Positions 36,883 to 50,382 are shown, counted from the first letter of the stretch. The stretch is 64,000 nt of DNA from Hyphochytrium catenoides (GCA_900088475.1 FLMG01003710.1:102578-166577); one strand, 5' to 3'. A program made the numbers and translations. Notes: generated from the sequence alone by a model not told the origin.

Positions 36883-37212
36883 AATTATTATAGATAAATA
36901 AACAGATACGGGTAAAGGTTGTCGGAAAGCGGAACAATTCTGCCCTATTGGCTGCTTGCTTGTTCTCTTAAAGCTCCCTTCATTCCTCTTCCAGGTGCTT
37001 CTTCCAGCTGTCTCATCCACGTCGACTGCGGCCGTTTTGAGATGATGCAGACGCGGTGGCATTCGATCACCACTGTTCATTCCCTTTACCTCCCATACCT
37101 TCTCCAAACCGCGAGCAATATCTGGCGTTGTTCTTTGTCCGGCCTCTATGCTCTTGATACCGCCTTGTGACGTAAAGTCTTTTGTTTCCTCTCCTCTCAT
37201 ATCAATCCGTAG

Positions 37213-40200
37213 TCAGCCGGCTTCTAGACTCTTCCTAGTGCCCGTCCGCAATCTTCGGAAATAGAGAACATGAAGCGCCTTCAGAGCCTCCTCGTCCTGA
37301 CCCGCGTAGCGTGCAATAGATTCGCTTGCAATGGAAGACAGAGAGGAGTAAGATGATCCCTTTGATGAGATAGAGCTCGTGGACTCGTGGTCAGATTCCT
37401 CTTTCAGACCAGCTCTTATCCTGGGATCTAGGTCTGGTGACAGATAAGAAATCCTCTCGGTCCACTTCTCCCCTCTGTTATTGTGTAGGCTAAACCGCTG
37501 TTGACTTCTGGAACTGACGGTAAAAGAAGCTTGACCTCTACTTTCACGCCGAACATCACCCTCGGAAGCAGTGGGAGATCGGCTTGGGCATGCACCTCTT
37601 GACCCTCTAAGTTTCTTAGAGGAAAGGTCGATGTCTAGTCCTCTATTGCGATGTCGTTCTTGAAGAACCGCGGACAGGAGTTCGCCAGTTTCTGCTCTGT
37701 GACGAATCATGTCCTTCGCTAGCTTTAGCTTGGTCTCTGCACTGATCCTGATCTCCTCTAGTTTCATCCTTTCCAGTTCCTCTAGGGTTGTGGCCTTGTG
37801 CTTTCGAGTTGGGCCTACTCTTCCATCTTCTAGGAGTTTGTTCCCCAATGCGATAGTCTGTGTCTTCTCTCTTACACGGATGATTTTCTTCATCTCTTCT
37901 TCTTGGCGCTTTTTATGAACATACTGCCACTTGGCTTCTTGTCGGGCTTTCTTGAGATTTCTTTCTTCTTCCTTCTCTTTTCTCTCTCTCTCCTTCGTCA
38001 TTTCCTCCTTTAAAAATTTCCTCTGAAGTATGGCCCGATGGCCCTTGAAGACGCGCTGTATTTCAATTGCCGCCGCGTGCTTCAAGGTCAGAAGGGTCCT
38101 GTCTTCTTCCTCTCTCATAGAAAGGAGAGCCATTTGCATTCTCTTGATCTCCTCTGCTTTCCTTCTCGACTCTTCCTCCTCCTTCCGGCGTTGCTATAAA
38201 TTGTAGTCAGATGGACAAGAGGGCAGGCAAGACAAAGGCGCACCAGAAGAAGCAAACCAACCTCTTTCTGTTCGTTTTCCTTGCGAGTCCGTTCTTCTTC
38301 TTGTAGCTTTCTCCTCACGATTTCCTTCTCAAGTTCTTCCTTCTCCATGCGGAGCCGGGCTGGGACCGTAAGTGCAGGTGACCGCGTCAGCTTAAGGATA
38401 AGCGTGCTGCAAGAGCCCCCAAATTGAGGTTCTCTTCTTCTTTATTTCTCCCTGCGGGTGTTCGGCCCTATGCGCTAACACTTCTTCCTCCAAATTCATG
38501 TCTACGTAATACTTCTTACCTTGCTCTTGCTGGTACTTATCTAGGGCATCCGGGCTAGTCCAGCTGACGTCAAAGCCTCCCGTAGAAGGTAAAGGCAGAC
38601 ACGAAGATACAGGAACCGTTCCATCTCCTGCTCCGAAAGCGGTCATGCTCTGGATATCCTTTGTAGGTTCTGGCGGTTTATTCACGACATTACGTTCCAT
38701 GTCTCTCTCCTTTTGCTCCCCATCCGACTCAAACATATCGCTATTGTATGCCTCTTCAGTGGTGGGCTCTCGGTTCTCCGTCGTCTTCTGTGGAGGTTTG
38801 GGTCTAGATAGCGAGGAAGACTGTGTGGTGTCCGCAGAGACAGGTTGCTTCCCTTGTGTGGAAGAACAGTGTGAAGGAAGGCGTGAAAAGTTGGGCTCAT
38901 GTGGGTCTGGCTTGAACAATGAAGCAGCCTCCTCGTACGCAGCACTTTGCGCAGCAGAGGCCAAAGATGGGTCCTGAGTAGGTGAGGAAAGAGAACTGCT
39001 GATACTTTCATCCGCCTTTGAAGAGCGCTCAGGCGCCTGACATTGGATGCCAAGCGCAACTGCCAAGAGGGGATTGCTTTGGTGATGCGTGCCCTTTTCC
39101 TCAGTCCGCCAATTGCAGAACGTGACTGTGATGGTCACCGTTCCTGCGAGGGAAGTACAGTGAGATAGTGAAACTTCGAGTCTAAAAAGGCGGGAGGCCG
39201 AGAGAGAGGAGGGGATGCACGTTGGCACGTCACTGGAGTAAGCTCAACGAACAAACAGACGGGAAGGAACAAAGTTGTTGATCGCGAACCGGCGGATGGA
39301 CCAAGGGTCAGGTCCTCTAGGTATAAGGAGAGAGGTGGCAGCTTGGGCCCTAACGGCTTAGTACCTTGCTTAATGCCTTCTTCTGCTCCCTGTGCTTTGT
39401 ACACAAGTGGTTCCACTAACTCCACCTTGCCATTGAATAGAGGTAAAACGGCGCTTTTCCCATTTTCTTCTTCGTGATCCTTCTCTCTTGCTCTTCGTAT
39501 CACTTCGTTCAGATCTATGGTAGCGGATCCCAGAATGGGGAAATCCTCAAGAGGAGGATCTTTGGATACTGACCTCAGGATTACCCTGGGGTCGTGATCC
39601 CTCACGTGCACAACTAGCTCGTGAGGAACTTTTGCGCTAGGCCCAGAGGGGAGAATGAAGACATGGCTCTCATCATATTCTGCGTCTCGTCCTTTGTGCT
39701 CAGTGTACACAGGTTCCTTAATATACAGAGAGGAAGAACCCAAGTGTAGAACGATGAAGGGAGACTGTTCCTCCTGGTGCCCCTGAGCCTCCCTCTGGTG
39801 ATAGACATCTAGTGGGCAAATCGGGTCATGATCCAGGTTAAAGGTCAAGAAGGAGGGAGAGGCACGGAGGAGAGTTCCAATCAATAGAAGTTCTCTCGAA
39901 TAGATGCAAGAAGCAAAAAAGGACGAAAAGGAACCTGGCAAGACATGCGCTAAAAGCAGGGAAGAGGAAGATGAGCAGGCAAGGCTGCGAGTCAAGTATC
40001 AAGGGCATAATCCCGTATCTTCTCGCTCTACTTTGGTCGTTCTTCCTTTCACCCTTTTGCTTCGCTGCTGTCATTGGCACCAGATATACAAAGGGAAGCC
40101 CACTCTCGGGGTCTAACGGCTATTCTATTCTGATGCAAAGTTAAGTACCTTGAACCTTAGTGACATCAACGATGAGCTTCTGCAGTTGCGATGGCCTCCT

Positions 40201-40338
40201 TCTAGTTCCCGGGCTGCTAGGTCTACGTCCTCCCCCTGTCCTTTTCGCGTCCTCACTTTGGAGCCTTCCCTGTGCCGTCTCAGTGACTGGAGGACAGCTG
40301 ACTGACAAGGGCTGCTCGAAAGGCTTGAGTGCATCCAT
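37213..40338 (-). CDS. C2-domain / low-complexity linker / charged coiled-coil protein with an IQ-like motif
   Basis: C2-like strands KLIVDVTKVQ|..SPFIVLHLG..YDESHVF..LVVHVRDHD..ILGSATIDL..|GTVTITVTF; E/K/R-rich helix; AAAIEIQRVFKGHRAI (IQ-like). Exon junctions are in phase; the start codon is uncertain. Confidence 0.7.
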
Positions 40339-40744
40339 CTGTTTGCCTTTCAGAAGGTGAGACAACTCCCTAACCTCAAGGTCATGGTTTGATCAACCCA
40401 TAGAGGCCCAGCGAATGTCAAACAAGGAAGACACAAGAATAATGCTTGACGAAGGTGTGTTTCAATAGTACATATTAACGCTGGAGCCTGTGGACCTGCT
40501 AGCGCAGCCTCTGCTCGAGGAGTCAATCACATGTTCACATGCGCAGGCAGAGGGAACGGTATTGGTGTTGCCAAGTCGTCTCCATCCGCAGACCTCGAAG
40601 GACGGCAATCCTGATCATAATATTAGGGACCAGAGGACATTGTAGATGATAGTAGTCAGCGATGGCGAAAGAGGAAAGGAGGGCGGGAAGAAGAGACGAG
40701 AACCTGTGAAGGGAGAGAGAGGAAGACTCACACTTAATTAGGCA

Positions 40745-41035
40745 GAGAAGAGAGAGGGAGTGTATGCGAAGATGTGTGCAGGCATGTTGGAGAGACAGGA
40801 GAGAGAGAGAGGAAGAGGAAAAGGTGATGGAGACAGAAAGAGAGAGATGCACAGGAAGGGAGAATGAGACAACAGAGAACAGAATAGAGGGAGAGAGGAA
40901 GAGAGCGCAAGAGATAGCGAGAGAGAGCGAGAGAGAGGAGAAGAGAGAGAGCGCGAGTCAGAGGAAGAGCGACGCTGAGAACGTGAGAGAGAGAGAAGAG
41001 GAGAAAGAGGGAAAAGGAGAGAGAGAGAAAAGCGA
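40745..41035 (+). repeat. GA-rich polypurine tract (degenerate (GA)n)
   Basis: ~290 bp dominated by GA/GAGA/GAGCGA units. Confidence 0.9.
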
Positions 41036-41344
41036 TTCTGATCTTCAGCAAACAAAGAGCAACTTGGGTCAATGTGGGTCTCCATTCTTACTAGGGCTGA
41101 CCTCATAACTAGGTTATCAGGATCAACCCATATTACCCAATAGCCAAGAGCTGTGTAACTCCCGTGCTAATCTAAGATATAAAGATATACATGCAAGAAT
41201 AAGAGGTAGTAGATTCAGAATGTCGCGCCATCAATGCCATCACTGAGGGTTGTGGGTCCTTCCAAAGCCTCTGTCTAGGTGTTGGCTAACCTCCCACTGA
41301 TGATAAGTCTGTCTTCCTTTCCTTACTACTGGTTCTTACCTACC

Positions 41345-41615
41345 ACTCTGTCCCTCTTCCTCTCTTCCCCTTGCCCTTGTCTCTCGCTTTCCCTCTCCTT
41401 TTGCCTTTTCTCTCTCTCTCTTTCTCTTTCTCTCGCATTTTCTTCTCTTGCTTTCTCTCTCTCTCTTTCTTTCTCTCTTTCTCTCGCTCTCTCTTTCCCT
41501 CTCCACGCTCTCGCTCTCGCTCTCGCTCTCGTTTCTTTCTTCCCACATCTCTCTTTTTCGACTCCTCGTTCTTTCTCACCCCTAGTTTGTTTCTCTGTCT
41601 CTGATCCCTCTCCCA
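41345..41615 (+). repeat. CT-rich polypyrimidine tract (degenerate (CT)n, CTCTCG units)
   Basis: ~270 bp dominated by CT/CTTT/CTCGCT units. Confidence 0.9.
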
Positions 41616-42116
41616 TATAATCCTCTGACAGCACAAATTGTTTAACGTGTGTGACTGACTACCTTTGGGCAATCCTCTATGTTTCCCCCAAAAAACACCC
41701 CTCTCTCTGCGCTGGCCCTCCTTCGCCTCCTTGTGCGGCCTTGCAACTTCTGTCGGCCATATCTCTCTCGTCGTGTTCTTAAAGTTTAGGTGGCTCTGTG
41801 TCGTCCGATCGCCGCTTAGCGATATAGGAAGGGCGACCTCACCCCCTTGATTCTTTGAGAAATGGGTCAGTGCTTTGTTTTATTGTGTGGCCAACGATTC
41901 TCCTCCTCGCAACTGGCGTCTCTTTCCGTTTCCCCAATATTCCTCTTTGTAGGATAACAGCCTTCTCAGTTGCTGACAATGGCGACGTTATTGAGCGCCT
42001 TGCCGCTAGCCAGATGGGCTCTTAGCGACTAAGCCCAATCTCCCTTCAAAGGATCTCTCTCCTCCCTGTATAGAGTCTCTCCTCCTCAATAGCGTTGTTC
42101 CCTTCTATTCAGGTGA

Positions 42117-45100
42117 ATGAAGATGGCTTCGGTTGACGAAAGATTGGAGGAGAGAACAGAGAAAATGCCAGACAATCAACTCGAAGATGATGGAGGAGGG
42201 CGAAAGTTCAAAGTGTGGGAGATAACGCGTGAACGAGCGAGAGAGAGAAGAGCTTCGTTGAATCTCAAACAGATAAAGACCATTCAGCCTGAGCTTGATC
42301 CGGCCCAGGTTCCGGAAGCTGCATATGACGATCCGGAGAAGACAGAAGGGCATGTTGGTTTGAAGGAGAAGGAAGTGCAAGAGGCAAACAAGAGAGATGA
42401 AGGACAAGTGAAAGGATTATCAGAAGTTCGAGGGAAAGAGAAGAGCCAGAAAGGAAATCCCCTTCTTTCATGGTTACCTAGCGTCCGCCAGCTCTTTGAT
42501 GATATGATCAGCAGCGAGGAGGAATACACGGAGGACATTCACCAACTGCTGGAACTGTTCATCAGCCCACTAGAGGATGAAAGTCATCCAGTCATAGCAG
42601 AGCCGTGCATCGCGGTACTTTTACGAACTCTCTTGTTTACCTTTGACCTCTCAACTATCTCCTCTTCTGCCACTTTTGGTTCCCTCTTCCCTTACCTCGG
42701 AGCCGCGTGTGATAATCTCCGCTCGTTTCCGAGTAGTTCGTCTTATTCTAAAGCTAGCACTGCTTATCTCTAGATGTGGTCTGCTTTACTTGTGCTGATA
42801 GCAAAGTTTTTGATCTGCCGATCGCACACAATTCCCCTAGCCATGGTCCTCCATAGCGCCAAGTTGCTTTGCCTGGCGCTCGTTCTGATGCCTCATTCTT
42901 AAGCGAATGCTTACAAAGTGCTAATTACATTTATTGTCTTCTTTCGTTTGTATGTTTCTGTGGAACTGGACTGCAGGTTCTCTTCAGTCTTCTCAAGCAG
43001 CTAAGCCACCTGCATGGGAAGTTCTTATCTGATCTGGAGCAACTTCTCAATCGAAGCCTCAGCAAACCTCTGGCCACGCACTTCTCTTTAGACACCAAGG
43101 GAAACTCTCCTGGACCGGGAACACCGTCATCAACCTCGTCTGTTCTCTCGTACAGACGAACAAGCGATAAACGCTCTTCTTCTTCCTCCGTCTCTTCTTC
43201 GCTAGGAGAGAAAGAAGAAGAGGCGCCCGATCTTCTGGAGTATCCTCAGATTTTCAAGGAGTACGCTCCGCTCTTTCGGCTCTATGTCAAGTACGCCGCA
43301 ACTCATGCAGATGCCCAGCAAATTTTTAGATCCTATAGAGAAAGGAGAGACAACAATCTTATGGACTTCTTTGAGGTGAGAGAGAACCCGACGTTGCAGT
43401 CTTGCTAGACCTGCGCTCTGACGTTTTCTGTTTAGAGGTGTATGGACCATGCCCCCGAAACTTCCACTCTCTCGGTGCAAGAGCTCCTTCTCCTCCCTCT
43501 AGGTCGCGTCGAAGTCTACACTCGACACTTTTCTGAGCTTGTGGGACTCATTCCTTTGGCCACTGAGATCCAAGCGTCCTATGTGGAGACACAGGGCACT
43601 CTTCTTTCCTGTTTGGAGGAAATCAGAAAAAAAGAAAAGGACCGGAAAGTGAAGGACCAGCTCCTAGCACTCCAGGATGTAGGGCAACACCATCGCAATT
43701 GTTTGAAGTGGTTTCCTTCTTTCCCTCTAATTTTAGGATTCCCTTTCAATTCTTCCCGGATACAAAGGCATTCGTCTTAGTCCTGCCGCCCATTTTTTCT
43801 ACCATGCCTGAAATCTGCACTGAACCCTGCTGCACCTTTCTAGCTAAGCCTAGCCGCACTTTTTGCCTTAGGCTGACTCTTGTGCCTCTTTCTCCACGGT
43901 ATTGCTCCGTCAGCCTCACTCTTCCGCCTTCATCAACCTCTCTTGTCGTAGCTCTTCGGTGACCAGCTACACGTCGTCTCTCCGTCGCGCTTCCTAGTCA
44001 AGGAAGGCAAGCTTCTTAAGCTGTCGAGGAAGGGACCAGAGCCCGTGTACGTACATATGTTCAACGATCTCTTGGTCTACAGCGATGAGCCAGAAGGAGG
44101 GAAGACTTATAAGCTGCGAAGGGTCATTCCATTACTGGATGGCAGTGTAAAGGTACGCTTGCACTTGTCCGCGTGAGAAGGAAGTAAAGCAGCGTCGACT
44201 TTCCACAGCTGTTCATTGTTCTCCGTGTGTATAAATTCTGCTCACTCATCTCTCTAACGGGTGCTTTCTCCCTCTTCTGGGTGGCGATGAACTTCTTTGG
44301 CATCTTTAGCTGAAGCCTGATGCCAGTGGAATCTACTCTACTCTCTCATACAGAGGACAGCAACTCAAGTGTGAGACGGGCTTTCTGGTCCTCAGAAGAG
44401 CCGAAAAAAGTGTCCTGTTCTCTGCAGAGTCTACAAAGGAGAAAGAGGAATGGGTGCACGGTCTCTCTGAGTGCCTTGAGGTTGGCTCTCGGTTGGCTTC
44501 GCCAAGTCAGAGGGTAGGAGATGGGAACGTCCGGACCGCCAGCGGTCTCTTAGCGGGAAGAACCTGTCTTCCGGAAGGAGAAAAGAGAGACAGAAAGTCG
44601 CCTGTATCTCCCCTTGCAGGTCACTCTGCACCTTGGGTTCCTGATGCTGCGGCGGATCGCTGCAAGCTCTGTTCTACTCCGTTTACCATGCTTTTTAGGC
44701 GCCATCACTGCCGACAATGTGGAACCCTTGTCTGCGGCAGCTGTTCCAGCCACAAGAGCTGGAATGGGAAGGAATCATCGTCTTTCCATCCCAACTCCTC
44801 TTCAATATTGGTAAGCTCACAATCTCATACGCATTCCTTCTTTTGCTCGCTCTTCGCCTCCTCAGCCTCCGTATCCTAGGTTTCAATGTGACCGCTGGTC
44901 TTGGACCTTCGGCCGTACTTGTATCCCTTTCCGTATGTTGGTCCTTGCTCAATCTTCGTTTCCTTGTTACCTTTAGCTGTTGGCTCTGCTCTGCTCTCAT
45001 CTGATGTCTCTATTGGCTTCGTGCTTCAGAGGACATACTCTCCGTACGGAGCTTTCAGAGGTATCCGCGTGTGCACTCGTTGTGTCCGCGTCTATGGCCT

Positions 45101-48100
45101 TGTAAAGAGAGCATCACATCTCCTTTTGGACAACATCACAAGAAGAAGGGGTTGTCTCTTGAGAAAGAAAGGCAAGAGATGGCAGAAGATGTACTTTGAG
45201 GCGAGAAGGGGACAGCTCCTGCAGTATCCTCTCTCCGCACAAGGGAGAGCGGAATACCAAGCTCCTGAAGAGAGAATCTGGCTGTCTCATTGTGAAGCCC
45301 TTGAAGGGTAAGTTCCTAAAAATAGGTTCGAGGGATAACCACAGAGGTTTATAGGAGCTGGGTAGGGTGAAGAGAACCAGAGAGGAGAACTGATTGGGCT
45401 CCGTAAGAGTTGGCTGAATGCGAACGTAGGGTAAGGCAAGCGTCACTAAGCCTGAGTGTAGGCCAGAGAATGGACCTCTGGTGGTTCGCATCCGTGGTCG
45501 GGGAACTAGACGAAAGAGTTCCGCTGGGGAGGTTTTGGAGCGCATGGAAGCTGCAGAGGGCTCTTTCTTTCAACTCCTGTCCGGCTCGACGTCTGCGCAC
45601 TGTGTGGACCAGGAAGAAGATTGGATCTTGCGGGTGCGTTCTATCCGTCTGTCGTGATCACCATCTGCTGCTGGAATGATAGCGACTTCCCACGTCGCCT
45701 TTAACTCTACTTTGCTTTAACGTTGTGCCTACGTTCACTCAATGACGCTTCTCTCTTTGGCTCCCAGGTGGATCCTGACGAAGCTGACGATAGTGAGGGC
45801 AACCTTGGGACATGGCTAGCAGCGATAAAAGAGAGAAGCAAACCCTTCCGATCCGCATTAGAGAGAGACAACATCATCTCCTCCCCCTCATCGCCTTTCA
45901 AGACCCGTGCAAATACCCAGAATGAGCAATCTCTTCCTCGCTGCCGGCGGTCGAGGCCGCGCCTTTCTTTGTCAGAGAAGAGCCGTTCCCAAGAGTCAGA
46001 TGAGGACCTCGACAGCAGTGGTGACGTTCTTATCCCTCTTCCTGAGCCTTTCGTCTTTGAAGCAACGCTTCCTCTGGGCGGAGAAGGAGAGTCGATATGG
46101 AGTATCGCGGAAGGGGCAGAACCACCTAGAAAGTTTTCGATCCGAAGCGTTATTGAAGAGAAATGCAAGGAGAGCGAGTCAAAGAGAGAAGAGTGGACGG
46201 TACTTAAGCTTCTGAGTGAGATTATCCAGACGGAGAGACTTTATGTCTCTAATTTAGAGGAGTGTATCCAGGTCTTCATTGCTCCTCTACTCAAGAGGCA
46301 TCAAGAGCATGAGGATAGTAAGAAGGTAACCCGCGGGATACCGCTATGCAAAGCTTCTATCTACTATAGCTCTCTCTATTTTAAGCCTCTGTCTGCTGGA
46401 TCATAATCATTATCTTCCTGTCCGTATGCTGGTCCCGCTCTAGCGCCAGTCACTCTTTCTCAACCCAGACTATACTTTCAGCTCAAGCTAAACATTCATC
46501 TTAATGACAGGCTCTTATCAAAAAGACCAGCACTTTAAAGAAGTCCCTCCGAAGCATCTCTCCATCTTTTCTGAAGCGGATGAAGGCGGGCAAAGTGAAG
46601 TCGCGCTCGAACCCAACTCTTACCAATGATAAGAGTCAAATGGAAGTCCGGCGCAGCCATAGCAGTAGCTTTACACCTTCTTCCTCAACTTCGTCGTCCT
46701 CCTCGCCCGAGAAAGGTTTCGTCCTAAATGCCTCCCTCTTCGTCTTCTTCTCCTCCATGGAGGAGATCCACACCCTGAATCAGCAGCTGCTGAAGCACGT
46801 CACTTCTCATTTGGAGGAGATTATCCGAAGTAAGGGGAATGTGGTTGACTCTCATCGGGTTGGGGCCATCTTCTCCTCGTTTGCCCCTCTCTTCAAGCTC
46901 TACACCAACTATGCCAGTCATTATGACGATGCCCTCAAGGTGAGTTACCTAGATATTTGGTGGCAACAGAGCGAAAGGGAAGGACGGACAATGTAAATAG
47001 GACGAGGGCATATGTTTATGTTTATGGAAGGTAAATGGGAGACGCAGGGAGAGAAAGACTGCGTGTGTGGCGAGCACCTTGCTACTCTTCACCGTGTTGT
47101 CTCCACGTCCGCCGCAACTCCAGGTCGCCTGTTGGTCCTCTATAGCCTTGCCTGTGTCTAAGCAAATGAACTTTCCATTCTCTTTATCGTCTTCTGTAAA
47201 TTGCGTACAGGCGGTGCATACGGAGAGCTTCAAGAAAGTCCTCTTATCTTTGGGGGAGGGTGCTACAGAGACAGCGCTTAGTAGCTTCCTCATTCGTCCG
47301 ATACAGCGCATCCCTCGGTACAGTTTACTCCTTAAGCGGATGTCAGAAGTTACCCATCAAGGTATAATGGTAGAAGGAAAAAAGAGTTTGACTGACTTAA
47401 GGCAAACAGGAGAGGAGTCACCAACCAAGACGAGAGAGACCCACAAGCAGACAATGAACCCGATCCGAGATTCTCACTCTCTCTTTCTCTCTCTTTCCGC
47501 CCTGGCCCCACACCCTCTTCGACCTCTCCTTTTCGCTTGTACACGTCCTTGCCTGCCGCAGGCCATGAGGACTATCAAGACCTTCAATTTGCAATCAACC
47601 AGGTTGACTCTGTGGCCTCCTTCATCAACGAAAGGATAGCAGACAGGAACAATAGGCTCGAAGTGAAGAGAGTCCAAGACGCATTTGGAGGATCAGATAA
47701 GATTAATCTGCTCAAGAAGGGAAGAAGGTTTTGCCATGAGGGGAAGCTTTGGAAGGTCTGCAGGCGTGACATCAAGGAATATCACTTCGTACTGTTTAAT
47801 GATGGTAGGCGCACGGACAATAAAGCTTCTAAGAGCCACCTGGCACCCTCACTTCACTCTATTAGCTGGACCACCCAACCTTTCCTCCTCCTTCTTGGGA
47901 CTCCTCTTCCATTGTCAGTGAATTCGCTCTAAGGTGCCTCCCTCATTGCGAGCCGACTGAGGCTCTCGCCTCCGTTATTTGTCCCAGTTTGCTAGCTCAC
48001 CTTCCTTTCTCTTCTTTTCCTTTTCAGCCATTCTCTATGGACACGCAACTGGACCAAAAACGTTTAAGTACCACCGTCTCATTTCACTGCACAACTGTGC

Positions 48101-50382
48101 AGTGAGGGACGTAGAGAAGAATTCACTGCTGGCCACTGCCGCAGCCTCTTCTCTTAAGGTCTCAGAAGTGCAGTTGACAGCTTTAAAGCTACTCTCTCCT
48201 CATAAGTCGTTCATTGTGCTGGCCAAGGACCAGAAGGAGAGAGACGAATGGAAGACAAAGATTGCGGTAAGCAACAATAGTTGCTGCTGTCTTATTCTTC
48301 CACAGTGTGCTTGCTAGTAGCCCTGCCCTCAATGCTGCATATGACGACTCTCGGCCCCAGCCATCACTCGTCTGCATACGGGTCTCTCTTCTTTACGAAG
48401 TTACACCTGATTTGCAAAGTGTCCGACCGCATTAGAGCTAAGCGTGCCCATAGTGGCAGCTCCACTGGCTCGTTCTCTTTGTTGTCAGTTTGGTAGATAG
48501 TGACCTTTGAAATTCACCGTCTGCTCTGTCATGACCCCTTAATGACCCGAAAGCTTACCATCGACGCTGACCCTCAGTATCACTGATTCCCTCTCTCTCT
48601 CCTTCTGTCCCTCCATTTTCCCTACGTGTCTTCTCTTCCTGCATCCATTTCTCAATCTATATAGTTCTGCTTAGCGCAGTTGAGTTCAGGCGAAGCTTCT
48701 ACCATGTCGCATTGCTTACCGCAGCATTCCCCTTCACCATCATCTCAAGTAGATAGCTCCGACTCTTCCCGCTCACGGTCTCAAAGAGCCCGGGCGCCAC
48801 GTTCAGACGGTTCAAGAAGGGGAAGCAAAGGTAGCAGTCATACGGATGACTCTTCCGCTGATGAAACAGGGAGAAGATACGCCGGAGCAGTATGTTCGGT
48901 TGGGTTAAGAGGTAAGCTCGCTCTGGCTGTGAAGAGAGAGACAATAAGACGGGTTGAAGTTCGCCGAGAGGTGCTTGCCGTTGTTCGCTAATCCCTAATT
49001 GTCTCCCTTTGCTACACGCAGCGATTCCACGTGCACCTGGAAGTGATTCTTCCCCGTTGGATGGTGACGCTCGGGGCCAGAAGAGAGGGTCGGGAGCCTC
49101 TTCTAGAAGTTCCTTGGTAGAACCTAGAAGCAGCACTTCATCCACATCTCTCTCTTCCTCGCTCTCTTCACAGAGCGTAGTAAAGTGCGGCTGGCTATAT
49201 AAGCAGGCCCAGATTAAGCGGATCTGGCAGAGAAGATGGGCTGTCCTGGTTCCTGGCACTCTTCACCTCTACTATAGCAACCGCAGCTCGCGAGCTTGTG
49301 GAGCTATAGAGCTTGATGGCAAAGTGGTGGAGGGGTTAGCCACGAAGGGTCACAAGTATGAGTGGGCCATTCGCGTCTGCAACAAGAAGGTACCTATGTC
49401 AAACTTCGACTTCTTCAACCTCGTCGTACTCTCTATGCACTCTCCTCTCTCGTCGATCAGTTCTCCATCAATACGGCTCTCCTCGTCGTGTTGGTGATTA
49501 TCTTGCAGCTACGGAGCTCCATGACCCTTCCCTCTTATCTTCCGCTATCACAAGGCGCATGTTGGCATAAACTTACCGGCCTTTGCTCTTAAGGGGGGTC
49601 CACTACCTAGTAGCCCGGCAACTGCCGCCCAGGAGTTAAAGGAGGTCGATTCACCTGCAGCTAGTCCAAGAGGAGATGATGGTAAGAAGAGACAGGCACT
49701 TTCATGATCGACTTATACTTCTCCTCATTGAGATCTACTGGACGGGCTTGCTTGGAGTCCCGTCATCCTGCTGGTCCACCTCTCTTCCTCCTCTCGTTGA
49801 TGTCCTGCGGTCATTCCGCCTAGACCTTTTTTTTTGCGTTAGCCAATATCGTCTGATGCAGCTTTCTCTTTAGCGTCTTCAGAGGAGCTGGCGGATCAGC
49901 ATCACCTCTACTTTGAGACTTCTCTCGATAGAGAAGAATGGTTACTCGCTTTCCAGGCGTCCGAAGACTTCCTCACAGCCTATCGATTGGCAGGAAAAGA
50001 AGGAGAAGTAGAGCCATCTCTTCGCAGTACTCACCAGCAACTGGCTCCCATCTGGGTGCCCGATCGACATGTGCAAGAGTGCACCTGGTGTCATCTGCCG
50101 TTTGGTCTACTTCGGCGACGGCATCACTGCAGGTAAGCAACTAGGCAGCGACGGTGTTGTCGTGTGCCGATAGACTCAAGATCCCATGTTCGTCCTAACT
50201 TTCCTTTGTCTCTCTGATATCTCCTTCATTACACTGCTTCCCCTGCTAGAAACTGTGGGAATGTCACTTGCTCGTCATGTTCTTCGAAGCGCTGGCTCTT
50301 ACAGCATGTGGATCCCACCAAGCCTTCCAGGATATGTGACCGCTGCGAGACAATGCTGCAGATGAGGCTTTTGGACGGCTAG
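42117..50382 (+). CDS. FGD/frabin-like RhoGEF with doubled architecture DH-PH-FYVE-PH-DH-PH-PH-FYVE
   Basis: DH1 [18 protein letters not shown]; PH1 [22 protein letters not shown]; FYVE1 [22 protein letters not shown]; PH2 [17 protein letters not shown]; DH2 [35 protein letters not shown]; PH3 HEGKLWK..LFND..ERDEW; PH4 [13 protein letters not shown]; FYVE2 WVPD..RRRHHCR|NCG..RIC..C; stop TAG 50380-50382. Confidence 0.9.

Noticed and set aside
40734-41672. ORFs rich in SL/ER/RE repeats on both strands
   Set aside because: Translations of GA/CT low-complexity tracts, not credible proteins.
14948-50382. Functional cluster of endosomal/GTPase-signalling genes
   Set aside because: They are interspersed with unrelated housekeeping genes and belong to large families; there is no evidence of clustering without synteny data.
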